Shown here piece after piece: positions 51,517 to 64,000 of a stretch of 64,000 bases of DNA. Location of the stretch: assembly GCF_026571515.1 (NCBI RefSeq), contig NW_026856044.1:1-64000 (forward strand), given 5' to 3'. Made by a program: the position numbers and the translations under genes. Source of the DNA: Ruditapes philippinarum. Lineage: Eukaryota. Below the pieces are notes generated by a model, which did not search any database, was not told the origin of the DNA, and saw only the letters and a program-made list of their open reading frames with translations. Each line of letters starts with the position of its first letter. Positions within the stretch are counted from its first letter, which is position 1.

Positions 51517-54500
51517 CTTATTTAAAGTTAACTTTTCCCAAACGTATATATGTGTATGTGTAGATGAAATGTACAAAATCTATATAGAACAACGGTATTT
51601 TGTTCAAAGCTAGATAGTCTAACGTCCACGTTAAGATAAGATAATATTTTTCAGCCGCTGTATGTTTATATGTTGAAATTCATAAACACTACTAACAAAA
51701 CAATGACTTGTACTTTGGATCTGGCAATGCTCAACAGATGTAAGGCTTCTTTGTGGTAACGAGTCTACTAGTATTTATACTTTAATGTGAGAATATGACG
51801 AATGTATGTAAAGGAGACAAATTTGCAGTACATTCACAGGAAATGGTGTATAATAGGCTTTGGATTTGTCCCCCTTTATCAGTTTCTTTTTTTACACTTC
51901 ACTGGTATTGCAGTTCTTGATTGTTTTGGTTTCACGTTTGTGGTGTATTTTTGTCAACATAAAAGATGAAACTATTATAGATTCAAATACTTTTGACAGT
52001 TGAAAGAGACTTTCGTTTCAAGATCAACTTTCTACAAACGTTTTCCCAAAGAAGGCAAAGTCTGTTCACTAATGGATACCGAATTTCAAAATGTTGATCA
52101 TCTGCATAATTAAACCAATCAATGGTACATATATATGTTCCGCATCATATTACCTTTGATAACATTATTTTGCTCCATAGTCATTCATCTGTTTCCAAAG
52201 GTTAAAGATGTCTATTTCTGATACCCACAGCTGGTCGGATGATGATGTCAAACATGCGATTGATGAAAATATATATATAGAAATGCAATTGTCTGAAAAA
52301 ACACAAAGATTTTGCAACACTCACAGATTATCAGTCAACCATCGTAATTAAGAACACTCACATAAGGAGCAAACTTTTTTTTTTTAAAAAAATGAAATCA
52401 ACACAAATATAAAAGGAAGGTTCTGGTAGGTCTTTCCGATATTTGTTTGACATTTGATGTATGTCTTGGCCAATAGCTTGTGGGATTCTCTTTTAACGCA
52501 TAAATATACAAAAACAAAACAAACTAACTCTTTGTTGGAGTTATTTAATTTCATTAAGTTATAATGAGTTGTAAGTTAGATAGAGAAACGCATACAAAAA
52601 CAAATTTATAAGCTTTTCTGTCAAGTCTGATATCTATGGTATTGTAATTTTTGTCAGTTATTATGGACATAAGTCAATGCAAGCTTGTATTTGATTATGT
52701 CACAGTTGTCATCAAAAACATTATATGCATCAACATTTGTTTACCATAAGTAAGCGTACGTTCTCGTGTATTCAAATCAAAATATGAAAGTACACAAGAT
52801 TTACGCGACATTTATTTTCATGATGTGTTGAAAAGGTATATATTTCAAGAGATTGGCAACTGTTATGGTGAATGATCAATAATTGATGATGAAGAAAGTT
52901 TATAATACAGTATATAAACTACCTTAAATATATAAACAGATTGCAACACTGTTCTTTAAGAATAACGTTTTACCTATATATTTTGAACGATATTTACAGA
53001 AATGTCCGTTAGGCACGTGGAATTATTGGTTTTTTGTATTTTCATAATTAATAGTAAGATATAAAATTGAATATTTACGGCAAAATGTCAAGTTATTATA
53101 TTTAAACCTGTTCACGGACCATTTGCACCTGGATAGAAATAATGTCACGTAAATAAGTGACACATTAAAGTCCCATTATGCCTCATAAATGTTTTCATTT
53201 ATTTCTCAATGGTTTATTTCTTCTTTTTTGTATTTCTTTAGTTCAAGAAAGTTACTCATTGACCAGTTATTTAAAGCATGTTTTGCACCTGCTGCCTTTT
53301 GGAAACTATTATACTTATAGTGAATAAGTATTTTGTATTGAAGGCAAAATACTTCTTTGTTTACATTTCAATTTGTTACTTCTATGACAAATTATTTCAC
53401 ATTGATCGCAATTTTTTCAGGTTAAAATCATCTATCATGCTCTCAATCATTATTTATACGTCACAAAATTCAGGTTTGCCCTTTCTAAAAAAATGATAAT
53501 AGAACCTAAGCGCCTATGATCCTGATTGGCATAAAAGAATCAAATATTATATAATAGACTACTACACATGCAAAATATCATTGTGAGCACGTTTTTTGAA
53601 AATGCAAAGGTATATTACATATAAAAAAGCTATGTAATTATAATTATACGCGGTATGGCAAAGATAGAACGAAGAAAAATTCAAGAATTAAAAAGATACT
53701 TTATTGGCATAAGCATTCAACATATTATTAATGAAATAATTCATATATGATCCATGAGCATGAGATGAACATCAATAACATTGAATCAATGAATTTATAC
53801 ATGGCAAGATAGCATTATTGAATATATCCGCTACATGTCAGCACACAAATATAATTGCTTTCTATTAATTCTTTCAATAAATAGAAATGATAATTACTTA
53901 ATAACACTTAAACATTTAACTTATTAGATACCAAATTTATACTTCGAGGATTATGATCTATCTTATTTCTCAGACCATTCTTCACCTGTTTAGCATATTT
54001 AACAAAATTATAGTTACAAATGTTCAACTCGAATTTTATTATTTTATGATATCTATTCTTAACAACAAGTATTTCTACCATGAATACATGTACGTACAAA
54101 ACATAAAACTGTTACAACAGAAAAGTAAAGTATGATAATAAGTATGACATTGTTACATGATGACAAGAAAAATATCATGTTTTCAATATAAAGATAAGTG
54201 AATATATTTGGCTAAATTTTATGATTTCATTGTTTTGAACCTTTGTTTAAACTTAGCTTTGTTAATTCTTAAATCAGAATAAAATTGACATACAACTAAA
54301 ACTGGTATTCATTTGCAATAACTTGCATATTGCATTTTATAATTAATATATTATTTCTATTTATATCGCTAAATGGTCGATGGTAAATGGATTTAGACCA
54401 ACATTTTCATTAATTACTAATACTAATATTAGTAATTTACTAAATTTTCCATACACCGCAATATTTAGTGTTTTTGTCTAAATTTGCCAAGAGTTCAGAA

Positions 54501-54931
54501 AAAGATAAGCAATACAATCCTATCATTCATATCTATGTTTTTCGACCCACAGGGCGGAGTAAAGGCTGGGCTGAAAGACATAGAAGACGTGTCTAAGTTG
54601 TCCTATAAATCACATCAGTATTGTTATATTTTTCTTTGCGTTCGGGATCAAGCACGATAGTGTCGTGGATAGAACTTAAGTCAAATTAAGTCTGTGCTAG
54701 GATGTGTGGGAGATATTGCACTTTTATATTATCTCTCTCATGAACGTCATTCTATTAAATCGAGTCTGCAATTTTCATAAATTTCATGAAAAGAAATCAT
54801 TACTTCCGAGAGATGGATTAGTCTCTTAGTGTAATGATTGAAACATTAGTTAGTACCGAACTAAAAGAACCATCCTATCATTATATCTGGGGTGAACAGA
54901 GTTGTGTATATCAAGACTGGTTCCGCACGTA

Positions 54932-57900
54932 CTAAGTCATAGCTACAATAAAGTTATTCAAATAGCAACCAATTACAATTACTACTAATGCAATAAAAAC
55001 AGAGGCGAGGAAGACGTAAAATAAATACACTTTATGGCTTGACTCTTTCAAATTCTCTTCCGTGTTGTCTCTAGAAGAGTTTGGGAGATCATTTAATACA
55101 TAGTGTTTAAACCTGCTGTACCATTCAATTAGATTTAAAACATTATATTCTTTCAAATTATTTCTCTCATCCCATTGCAGGTTATAAAATCTTTTTGAGG
55201 GGTTGGTCGGTGTTCCATATAACGTTAATGCAACTTTTCGTAGTTTAAACATTTCTGAAAAATAGAGGTATTTCTTTTGTCAATTCAAAGCTATATATAA
55301 CACTTCTTTAACATTTCAAACTAAAGACAACTGGAATATAAAACGAATTGATCAAACATTAGGTTGTTTCCGATAATTAACCTGAATTATTTCAATGTTA
55401 AATACTTACCTTGATCAAGATCACTGCTATTACGAACAATTAGAAACCACTGTCCAGTAGGATTCTCTCCCCAAAACTGTACTGATGTGTAATTCCAGGA
55501 TCGTGTTCCATGATATGAGTTAGTTTTGTAATCATATGTCCTATCAGAAGTTTTCCTGTTTAGTAAAAGTGAGCAGGAATTCGACGGTGAACAAAGCAAT
55601 ATGTCCACAAAAGCTTCAAACTGTTTATCATATTTCAGCTCTACTTGTACATGCTCCAAGAATTTGATACATTGATCACCCTTTTCACATGGTCCGACCT
55701 GAACTGTAACAGCTATTGCATCTTGACGGGGAGGCCTACAATATAAAGGAACTAGTTTGTAAAAAATATGAAAATTTATACTTCAGAATATATTGGAAGC
55801 ATTTTACCTCATGAGCATATTGTGAAAAATGACCGTTTTCATTGGAAAGCATCGTGTTACAAGTTCAAACTGCAATGAAACTTTGAAAAATGCTTCAATA
55901 CTAATGAAACTTGGCAAAAATGTTGACTAGACCATAGCCCTCTGTAACAGCATGCTCAGTCTCAAATTTCCTGTTACCAAGGCAACGGGGGGACATCTCA
56001 AAATTGCCAAAAATTACTATTTTGCATTGTTTTTTTTCATCAAAACTGATTATTTCAAGGTGCTGCAACTTCTCAATGGAAAATGCAATATATGTACTGT
56101 TATGGTATGACCTTGCTCGAGATGGAGTAAAATGTAGCCTGTCACATTTCTAGAATTTTCTTGGCGATGAGCTACCGCCCCCTTCAAACCCCTAAAATAG
56201 AAGGGGGCACATCTCCCTTCTGGCAAACCGCTGATGTATCTTTCTGATACTTACTACTTCAAATATATTCATTTTTTTGGGTGCTTCAAAATACAACAAT
56301 ATTAATCATATGTGTCTTGTAAAGCTTTACAATTCAATGAACGCCACTGGTTGTGTCTTATAATGATATGATATTCAACTCTGAAGCATAATCGAAGAGT
56401 TATATGAGACACACATTTTGTTCTATAATTCATCTAGTAATTGACAGTTTTGTGTTTCATACAACAATACTTACCAGTTTTCTCTTTGTGTTTCATATAC
56501 TGTGGTTTGTTTTTGAGGTGGTACCGTCAACCATTTTTCAGCCAACAATGTCATAGCAGTAGCATTCATCAATCCAAATCCAAAGAAAGAATTATCTACA
56601 AAATTAACAAATCACATTAGAAGTTTAATTGTGCGAACTAGTTATCTATCAACTTACTGTTGACATTGCAACATCACAAGTTTACCAAAGCTATTATCTC
56701 AATAGCATTGTTCGTTGTGTAAAAATAGTCCAAATAAGTAAAATTTATATGAGAAATATTAGCATTATCATTATTCAAATGTCATAAAATCAAATTAAAA
56801 AGTTTTCTTTCACTTTAAACTAAATATCGTGTATATAATTAAAAGTCTTTTGGGTTATCAATAGTTTAAAAAGCGGTATACGTGACCAAAAGAGTGGTGC
56901 AGGTCTTTTTCGCTCGTGCCTAATATAATGACAGTTTAAAACATTCCTATACGTCACAAAAACGTTCTATATAGATACGCTTTAGGACATTTCAGCTGTT
57001 TCAAAAAATTATATAATTACCACTTTTTTCATAATCTCTAACTTAATAAATCCTGTATTATTTCACTAATGGTTTCATTTATTTTCTTATGATGCATCTA
57101 CACTTGCGTACATAAGCAAGATACAGTTAAGATTCCTGAGGCATCAACTTGTGTGTATGATACATTTACTTTATCTTTTAATGTTATCCTTAACTGCAAA
57201 TACTAGTAACTCAAAAATCACTTCAGTGTATCAAGGCATATGATATCAGTTATTTAAACTATCGTATTGTATGTATTTATATGAAAGTATCGTGTCTTCA
57301 AGTATTTACATATCAGCTTACACTGTAGCCCGGCAGCATTTTTCATTAGTCCTCCGGTATGTTCAAGTCTTTCGTGAGAAGAAGATAGTACTATTATGTG
57401 TTGAACATCTCTCCAAGTCAGCTTAGAACTGAAAAAGTAAAAAACGTTAAAAAGTATCTCAAGTTTATTTTTGTTGATAAATATTATGCAGCAGATTAAA
57501 TAAAATATGCATATAAGTGTATATTGATTTACATATTAGTCTAATTCTTAGCAGCTCCAGATTATTTTATTTAGAACTAAAACAACAGGCCGCTTTCGTT
57601 TCTCAAATAAATTTGTTTTACAAACGAGGATTGATAAAAAAAGTTCTAGGCCCGATGTACTTATTGCAGTCAGAGAACCTAACTAATGGTATTACTTTTC
57701 AATATAATCGCCCTCTACATATATGCACTTAGCCCACCTGTGCTCCAACTTGTTTAACCATTCAAAATACAACTCTCTATTTTGGGCGTCAAAGGACTTA
57801 TTGACCGCCTCCATGACACCTTAATTGCTTCCAAAAAGTCTAGGGATTGGGAAAGAATTTCAAAGTCGCAGTCAGTTTTAGCAGCAATCGTAACTTGGGA

Positions 57901-60900
57901 TGTGTGAGCTGGCGCATTGTCGTGAAGGGCAGAACGCCTTGAGTCATTTTGCCCCTCCTTTTACGCGCGATTTCTTGACGCAGACGTTTCAATTCGTCTG
58001 CAATATACGTACTGTTTATGGTATGACCTTGCTCAAGATAACCAATCATGATTATCCCCTGACTATCCCAAATATTGAAGCCGTCATCTTCCCTGCTGAT
58101 GGCACCCATTTGAATGTCTTCGGAGGGGTGAGCCAGGTTCTTCCTCTGCATGCTCTGGGGTTTTTTTTGGATTCTGGATCGAAGTGATGGACCCTGGTTT
58201 TATCCCGAGTTACGATCCGGCAGATAAAATCAGGTTCATCCTCGTTGAGAGACAAAAGATATAATGAAATGTCAAGCCCGGTCCGTTTTTGGTCGTCAGT
58301 CAACTGTCTGGGGACACATCTAGCGGAAACCTTTGACATGCCATAGACATCAGTCAGAATTGCCTGAACTGAACCAAAGCTTATACCCACATCCTTAGGA
58401 ATGCTTAGCAGGTCTCGCCTTCTGTCGCACATGACCAGATCGTGCACAGCTTCGGATGTTTCATCGTCATCCGCTCATCATCTCCAATGCTCGCCCTGTA
58501 CCTTGTAAAGTCAACAGCCCATTTTTTCACAGTGCTATAGGAAGGGGACTCCTTCCCAAGTGTATCCATGTAGTCTTGGTGGATTTCCTTGGGGACATCC
58601 CTTTCTTACAGAGGTACCTAATGATGGCTCTGATTTCAACTTTTTTCCATTTGGTCTAAAATACAAACCCCTCTACTGATCAAAGTGTGTTTTATTTTTC
58701 TTAATCTGTATAAAACCGAGTGTTACCCGGTCAGTAATCTTAAATAAGATATCTGTATCGAAGTATCGTGTGTAAATGTCAGTGTATGTATTTGAATCAA
58801 TACGTGAATAATAATCGAACAAAATGTGTATAACTTACTTTGCCTGTAAGGTTAAAGCAATTATTCCAGACGCTAAAGCTGTTGATGCTGAAGTTCCTTT
58901 AAAGTAACCGCACATGCCATCGTGACTTGTAGTTTCCTTAATGAAGAGATGTAAATAGTTTGATTCAGAAATAATGATAATTACATTAAGTTTTAGAAGA
59001 ATGATTTTAGATAAAAATTAAATTTGGTAATATCTTTCGAGTTTACACGATATATGTATTTTTCACAGCTGATTTAATTGGTTAGATAAAAAAGTATATC
59101 GTATTATAACATTTATTATATATTGCTGAATTTCTAAAATCATCTCACCAAAGTCTTTGGACCTCTGAGTGTATTAAACTCGCCATATGTAGAAGCCAAG
59201 GTAGTGGCACATGGTATAGCATGAGAAGGTATCGAGCCGTCCTTGCCAACACTAGAAATTGTAATCGTATAAATGCTGTTTGCAAGAGCTTCCATGTTAC
59301 AGTCATAAACCGGGCCTATTTTATTTCCTGCAGAAAATACGAAAATGCTCCCTTTACCCAATCTGCCCTATACAGAGAAAAAGATAGAAATAAAATTTAA
59401 TAATATATATGCTATGATTATAGAAATATTGGTTAAAAAAGCAAAAAATAACATTCATTGGTTAACGTAATATCATATCGGCTAACAATACAAAAGTTGG
59501 ACTAGAGGTACTTCAGATAATTATGAACTTAAACCACATTTGACACCGATTTATTTTAAATTCATTTCCAAAAGAAAGGCAATGCGTATATTAACTGGAA
59601 TAAATTTTGTAATTGTATTGGTCGAGTAAATTGACTTCTCTAAAATATGTTTTATGAATAATAGTGTATGTCATGTATGTGCTAGAGTGTGCAGCGTACA
59701 GCGTACTGCTAAAGAACCATCTCGTTATTTTTTTTTATTGAATTTCATTTTATTGTTGATTTTTTCAATTTTATTTAACAATTTAATAGAACATTTAACA
59801 ATTTGATAGAATAACTAAGGAAGCAAACGCCAATTACAATGTAATTACTTAATTTATTGTCATTTACATTTATCTTCAACTGTATTAAATATTGTATTCA
59901 TAAATGGAATTTAAAGAAAGTGATAAATGTTTCAAAACATGACATCCTGCACCGTTAGCACTCCTTCCTGTAATGCTGACTTCATCTCTGGGCTTGCTGA
60001 TATGTATTTATTATGAAGATTGAAACTACAAGAGTAAATATCGATGTCTTGTCGTTTAAATTCAAGTGCAGAAGGGACTTTATCGATTGAAAAGGGAAAT
60101 CCCATTCGTACGTCCAAACTAATGTATCGCTTGTTAATTTGAAACACCTTTAGAGCTGAAAAAAAGAAATAAGTATTGCAACTTACAAACAATCCATAAT
60201 TTAGATTCATATAACAGTATAAGCATGTTCAGATTTGCAGCAGTGACTCGAGATAAAAGCGGATCATTGAGATGAATCCATGTGCAGTTCTGCAAAATCT
60301 ACCCACAAAGAAGTACGTTGCGATTGACGTTAGCGGTTGGACGTATGTGATTGGACTACTGACAATAATGAACAGCGGATTAATTAAGTAAATGGTTTGA
60401 AAAGCGATATTATTTTAATGTTAATGCATCCACTTCGTCGGAGGTGAAAGTTTGTAGGTGAATTCATGGCTTTGTTAGGAATATGTTTCTGTGGGCTATA
60501 AATTTGTTTCATAGGTACAGGCTACAATTTCATATTATTTACGTGCTCTTTGTCGCTCGTGGCTCAAAGAATTTGCGCTCTTTTGTTATTAGAACTATAC
60601 ATATAAAGCGAAACCAAAGTATTTAATTTACATTACGCGATTGATGTTGACGTTGTGTACTCAAAAACACTGAAACATCTAATTGTAATCAGTTTTTGCC
60701 CAAACCGTGTAGCATGTACTGACTCTTCATTCAAAATAGGTGAAAACATATTTAACGCTGGCGGATAATTAAACTATTAACTAAATTATTAAGGTGACGT
60801 TTCATTGCAAAGATGACTTATCATTGAATGCTAAAATTCTCGCAAAAAATGCCGTAAGAGCACTTGGAAAAATAATTGCTCAGACTAGAGATATAAAGGA

Positions 60901-63494
60901 ATTTTACATTAATACAGCTGAATTTTTCTCAATTCATTTGCTGTTCAAATTATGGATTACTGCTCGGGCGTGGACAAAACATCTATAGAAAATACCAAAC
61001 AATAAAACAAAGTGCAGCATTGTACGATTAGATCATTTCTTGGTGTCCACATATTTCAACCCATACCTGCAATTACCTGTCATATTGTTTGGATTCGGGC
61101 AATATGATAGATCCTTACTCTGACCTTTTATTTGAATTACAATACATTGACATGTGTTTTTTGTTAACAAATAGGTTATGATGAAAATCATATATTAAAA
61201 CACTAGTCTGATAATTTGAATGAGACAGATTAGGGTTACATAGGGATCTATCCATTAAAGATGATAGTTAAAAATGCTACGGATGCAGAACAGGCCCGTG
61301 TTTCTAAATGACAAAACAATCATAAAAGTGTTTTTGGATTACAGCCGTTGTATAGCCATTGTTAATGTAACTGGTGCAGTGAGGTTTAGGATCGAATTAA
61401 ATGACAGCTTTATTTAAAGACAACCAGTAAGTCAGAAAACAACTAGCAAACAATGCATAATTGAAAATCATTAAAATGATTGGCCTTGGGAAGTTATGAA
61501 AGTTTATAAGTTGCGAATATTATTCCATTTCAAGAGCGACTTTAAAAATAAAACATATCTTGACCTCAGCCTTAAAGAACGAGCGATCGCTACTAGCACA
61601 TTCGCGGTATTGTATCCTGCCATTCCGTATAGAAACCGGGCGGTATGTTGGTGAAGCGCCAGATCAGAGACTGTTGCAAACTGTGAAATTCTGGTAACAT
61701 TGAATATGAGCAGCATTTTGTACTCAAGTGTTCTTTATATCCGGATAATATACTCGATAATATAAGTAAAGTTCTCTTGTGTGATCAAACTATCAACATG
61801 AGAGATAGAGATATGTTTCTTAACATTATAAGATATTACCCTAGGAGAATTGTGTTCTCGTTTTTCTGCAGATAAATAAAATGTTAACTTATTTACTTAT
61901 AATTATGTATGGCATCAGAATGTAACGATTATTCTGCACAATAAAAATAAATACCAACTGGCTTATAAATTCAAATCATTGATAGTTAATCACACTCAGT
62001 TAAAGGTAAAACAATGAAATTTCAAATGTATGTTTGTTTTTTAGAAATAATATTGCAAACCTGCTAATTTTGCATTGAATGCAACTCCAGCAGAACAATT
62101 TTGATTACCAAATTCCGCACCAATAAGTCCAGCCGCCATTGTCCCATGACTGCAAAAATGAACACAAATATCATATATGTATGTTTGTATGTGCGCGCGT
62201 GCGAGCGTGTGCGCGTATGTATGTATGTATGTATGGAGATGTGCGTGCGTGCGTGTGTGTGTGTGCGCGTATGCACGTGTGTGAGAGAATAAAAAAATCA
62301 ATTATGTTTTCTTTCCATTATATATATGACATTTTGTGTTCAATAAAGTATTATTTAATGAAGGAGGTTAAACATTGTAAATTGTGTAACTGATTATGCA
62401 CTTTAAGAAAAAGTAAGAGATAGTGAGACAGACAAAATAAAAGATTTAACACCTTGTTACTTCCTCGGTTTCCATGTAGTCTCTAAAACGTTCAGGATTA
62501 ACAAAGCTGTAATTTTTGTCCACAAAACTGTACGAAAGATTCAAATCCTGTAAATGGAAACAAAAGTATGCTGGCCTTGTGCTATTTTTGCAAAACCTTA
62601 ATTACCGTCATAAAGGTGCTACAGATCACACGTTTAGATTGATAGATGCATTGATCTCTTCAAGAAATATGTTTAGCTTATTAAAGCAGGATCAAAGGTT
62701 TTGGCAAATAAACTATAATTATATGATTATTTGTGCTTTATTTAATTACAGTTTGAAACTTTGGTGCTTATGCATTTAATCAAAATCCAGTCTTTGTTGA
62801 TAGAGCTTCATAACTGCATATAAATTTTGCACATATTCAACAGCTATACTTTTGTTTTGTACATGTTGTATACTTCTGGCATTTTTCTTGAAAAACAACT
62901 TACAATGTTTCGTTTTAAGTCCGGGTGGTCAACATCTACTCCAATATCTACAATAGCAACATTGACGCCAAGTCCTGTGTAGCCCAGTGACCATGCTTCC
63001 TGGATGTCCATTCCATAGTATGGCCAGCACTGCTTTTTCTAAAACAAAAGAGCAAAAGTTTTATCGTTGATACCGAGAACATCACTACAACATGTATAAA
63101 ATACAATTGTTGTACTTTTCTCTACAATTAATCAATTTATCGATTATCAATATCTAAACACCTTCAATTATTTTTACAGGTTTCATAAGAGTCAAATGAA
63201 ATTGTACTTAAAATCATTAACCGTGTGGTATAATTGTAAAATGTGAAATATCTGTACACTATCAACTTACTGAAATATAATGTAAGATATTTGAAAATAA
63301 CTGGTAGGTAGCTTCAGTTTCGAAATGAGAGCTTAATAACAAAAAACACAAAGGAAACAACATAACACAAAACTTACGTTTTCGTACTTTATTGGTTTAA
63401 GAAGCCATCGTTCAAGCGATTGTTTTTCGCTACTGCGATTGCTCCACGTGTAATATTTAACAATGACTTTCTCCCGCCTTTCTGTATGTTCAAT
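54932..63494 (-). CDS. PC-C: convertase-like paralog of PC-B, exons 3-13 (5' exons lie beyond the window)
   Basis: Exons 63378-63494, 62904-63038, 62453-62547, 62061-62149, 59953-60155, 59149-59367, 58839-58936, 57322-57428, 56475-56595, 55410-55735, 54932-55254. Open frame, triad and oxyanion Asn intact. Confidence 0.92.
55804..56240 (+). mobile_element. Truncated copy of the piggyBac-like element, intron 11 of PC-C
   Basis: ttacctcatgagcatattgtgaaaaatgaccg... is colinear with 27338-27790. Confidence 0.8.
57625..58786 (-). mobile_element. Decayed mariner transposon, intron 9 of PC-C (one TIR deleted)
   Basis: Same family, orientation and flank as 38183-39374. ORF fragments [15 protein letters not shown]...RIVTRDKTRVHHFDPESK. 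Confidence 0.9.
60550..61800 (+). mobile_element. Highly degenerate LINE (CR1/L2-like) remnant, intron 6 of PC-C
   Basis: Fragment ...LSLNAKILAKNAVRALGKII...MDYCSGVW resembles the region C-terminal to a non-LTR RT. Absent from the equivalent PC-B intron. Confidence 0.4.
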
Positions 63495-63551
63495 CTGTAA
63501 GAATATCGTAACTTGCATCATACACAAATTACTTCTGCTAAGAAATTTCTC

Positions 63552-63735
63552 TGGCAGAATGGTCGAGTGGTTAACGCTAAGGACTTGTAATGTTAGGATC
63601 CCTAGCTATGTGTGGTTCAAATCTCGTTAGGGACAAGCCGTTGTGCACTCGAGCAAGAAACTATACACTCATTGATCAGTACTGGCTGGTTCCAGAAACG
63701 GATTTGATAGTGTGTCCATAAGCTTTTAGCGTTTT
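63552..63735 (+). mobile_element. tRNA-derived SINE (Meta-like central domain), intron 2 of PC-C
   Basis: A box tggcagaatggtcgagtggttaa and B box ggttcaaatctc, followed by gttgtgcactcgagcaagaaact...cattgatcagtactggctggttccagaaacgga. Confidence 0.65.
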
Positions 63736-64000
63736 ACACAATGAATGTGAATAATGGGGACAAAATGGCGGGACAGGAGCAAAACAATGCCATTAAGAAA
63801 AAACAAAGCAAGGCAATCATAAAGATACATGACCCACTAGATGGTATGACAATGTATAATCCTATTCTAGATTCATAGAATTGCTGAAATTCCCGGCAGG
63901 ACAGTTCTTTTAGGTCAATGGATTTTTTCTCCTCAACCATTCTTTGTTTTACTATAAAATTTCATCTTGGTCGTTGATTTATTTATATACACTGTATCAT

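Noticed and set aside
62041-62393. His/Thr- and Cys/Val-rich ORFs
   Set aside because: Translations of the (GT)n/(GCGT)n microsatellite. Only 62061-62149 is exonic.
15744-63494. Naming the genes furin, PC2, PCSK9 or S1P, or calling them pseudo-proteases
   Set aside because: There is no Cys-rich region or long tail (furin), the oxyanion residue is Asn rather than Asp (PC2), and a P domain is present (not PCSK9/S1P). The triad is intact. Orthology cannot be assigned without a tree.
63552-63635. tRNA gene (also a tRNA-like stretch at about 13895-13960)
   Set aside because: A/B-box-like motifs are present but there is no intact cloverleaf, and the 63552 copy continues into a SINE body.

Overview
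AT-rich, intron-rich animal genomic DNA, probably a bivalve mollusc (inferred from the Helentron/HINE, SINE and lectin types). The window is dominated by a head-to-tail, minus-strand tandem cluster of kexin/furin-family (S8B + P-domain) proprotein-convertase-like genes, whose exons I assembled by hand. PC-A (15744-26138, 13 exons, 677 aa) and PC-B (33052-47045, 13 exons, 703 aa) are complete. PC-C (54932->63494, exons 3-13) runs off the window. PC-psi (6413-11547) is a truncated, chimeric, indel-ridden copy. The three open copies keep the Asp/His/Ser triad and the oxyanion Asn. However, nearly every acidic residue that makes furin-family enzymes specific for basic sites is replaced, and the R-X-K/R-R propeptide site is replaced by I-V-[K/R]-Y-[H/Y]-T. 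This suggests an expanded family of membrane-anchored convertases with re-engineered, non-basic specificity; that is an inference from a manual alignment and is untested. Also present are a perlucin-like C-type lectin gene (EPQ/WAD motifs), a secreted 12-Cys three-finger/Ly6-like protein gene, three decayed mariners and a piggyBac-like element inside a 23-bp satellite. The rest includes a Helentron-type element with a nested MITE, a Penelope-like RT fragment, SINEs, other MITEs and one assembly gap.
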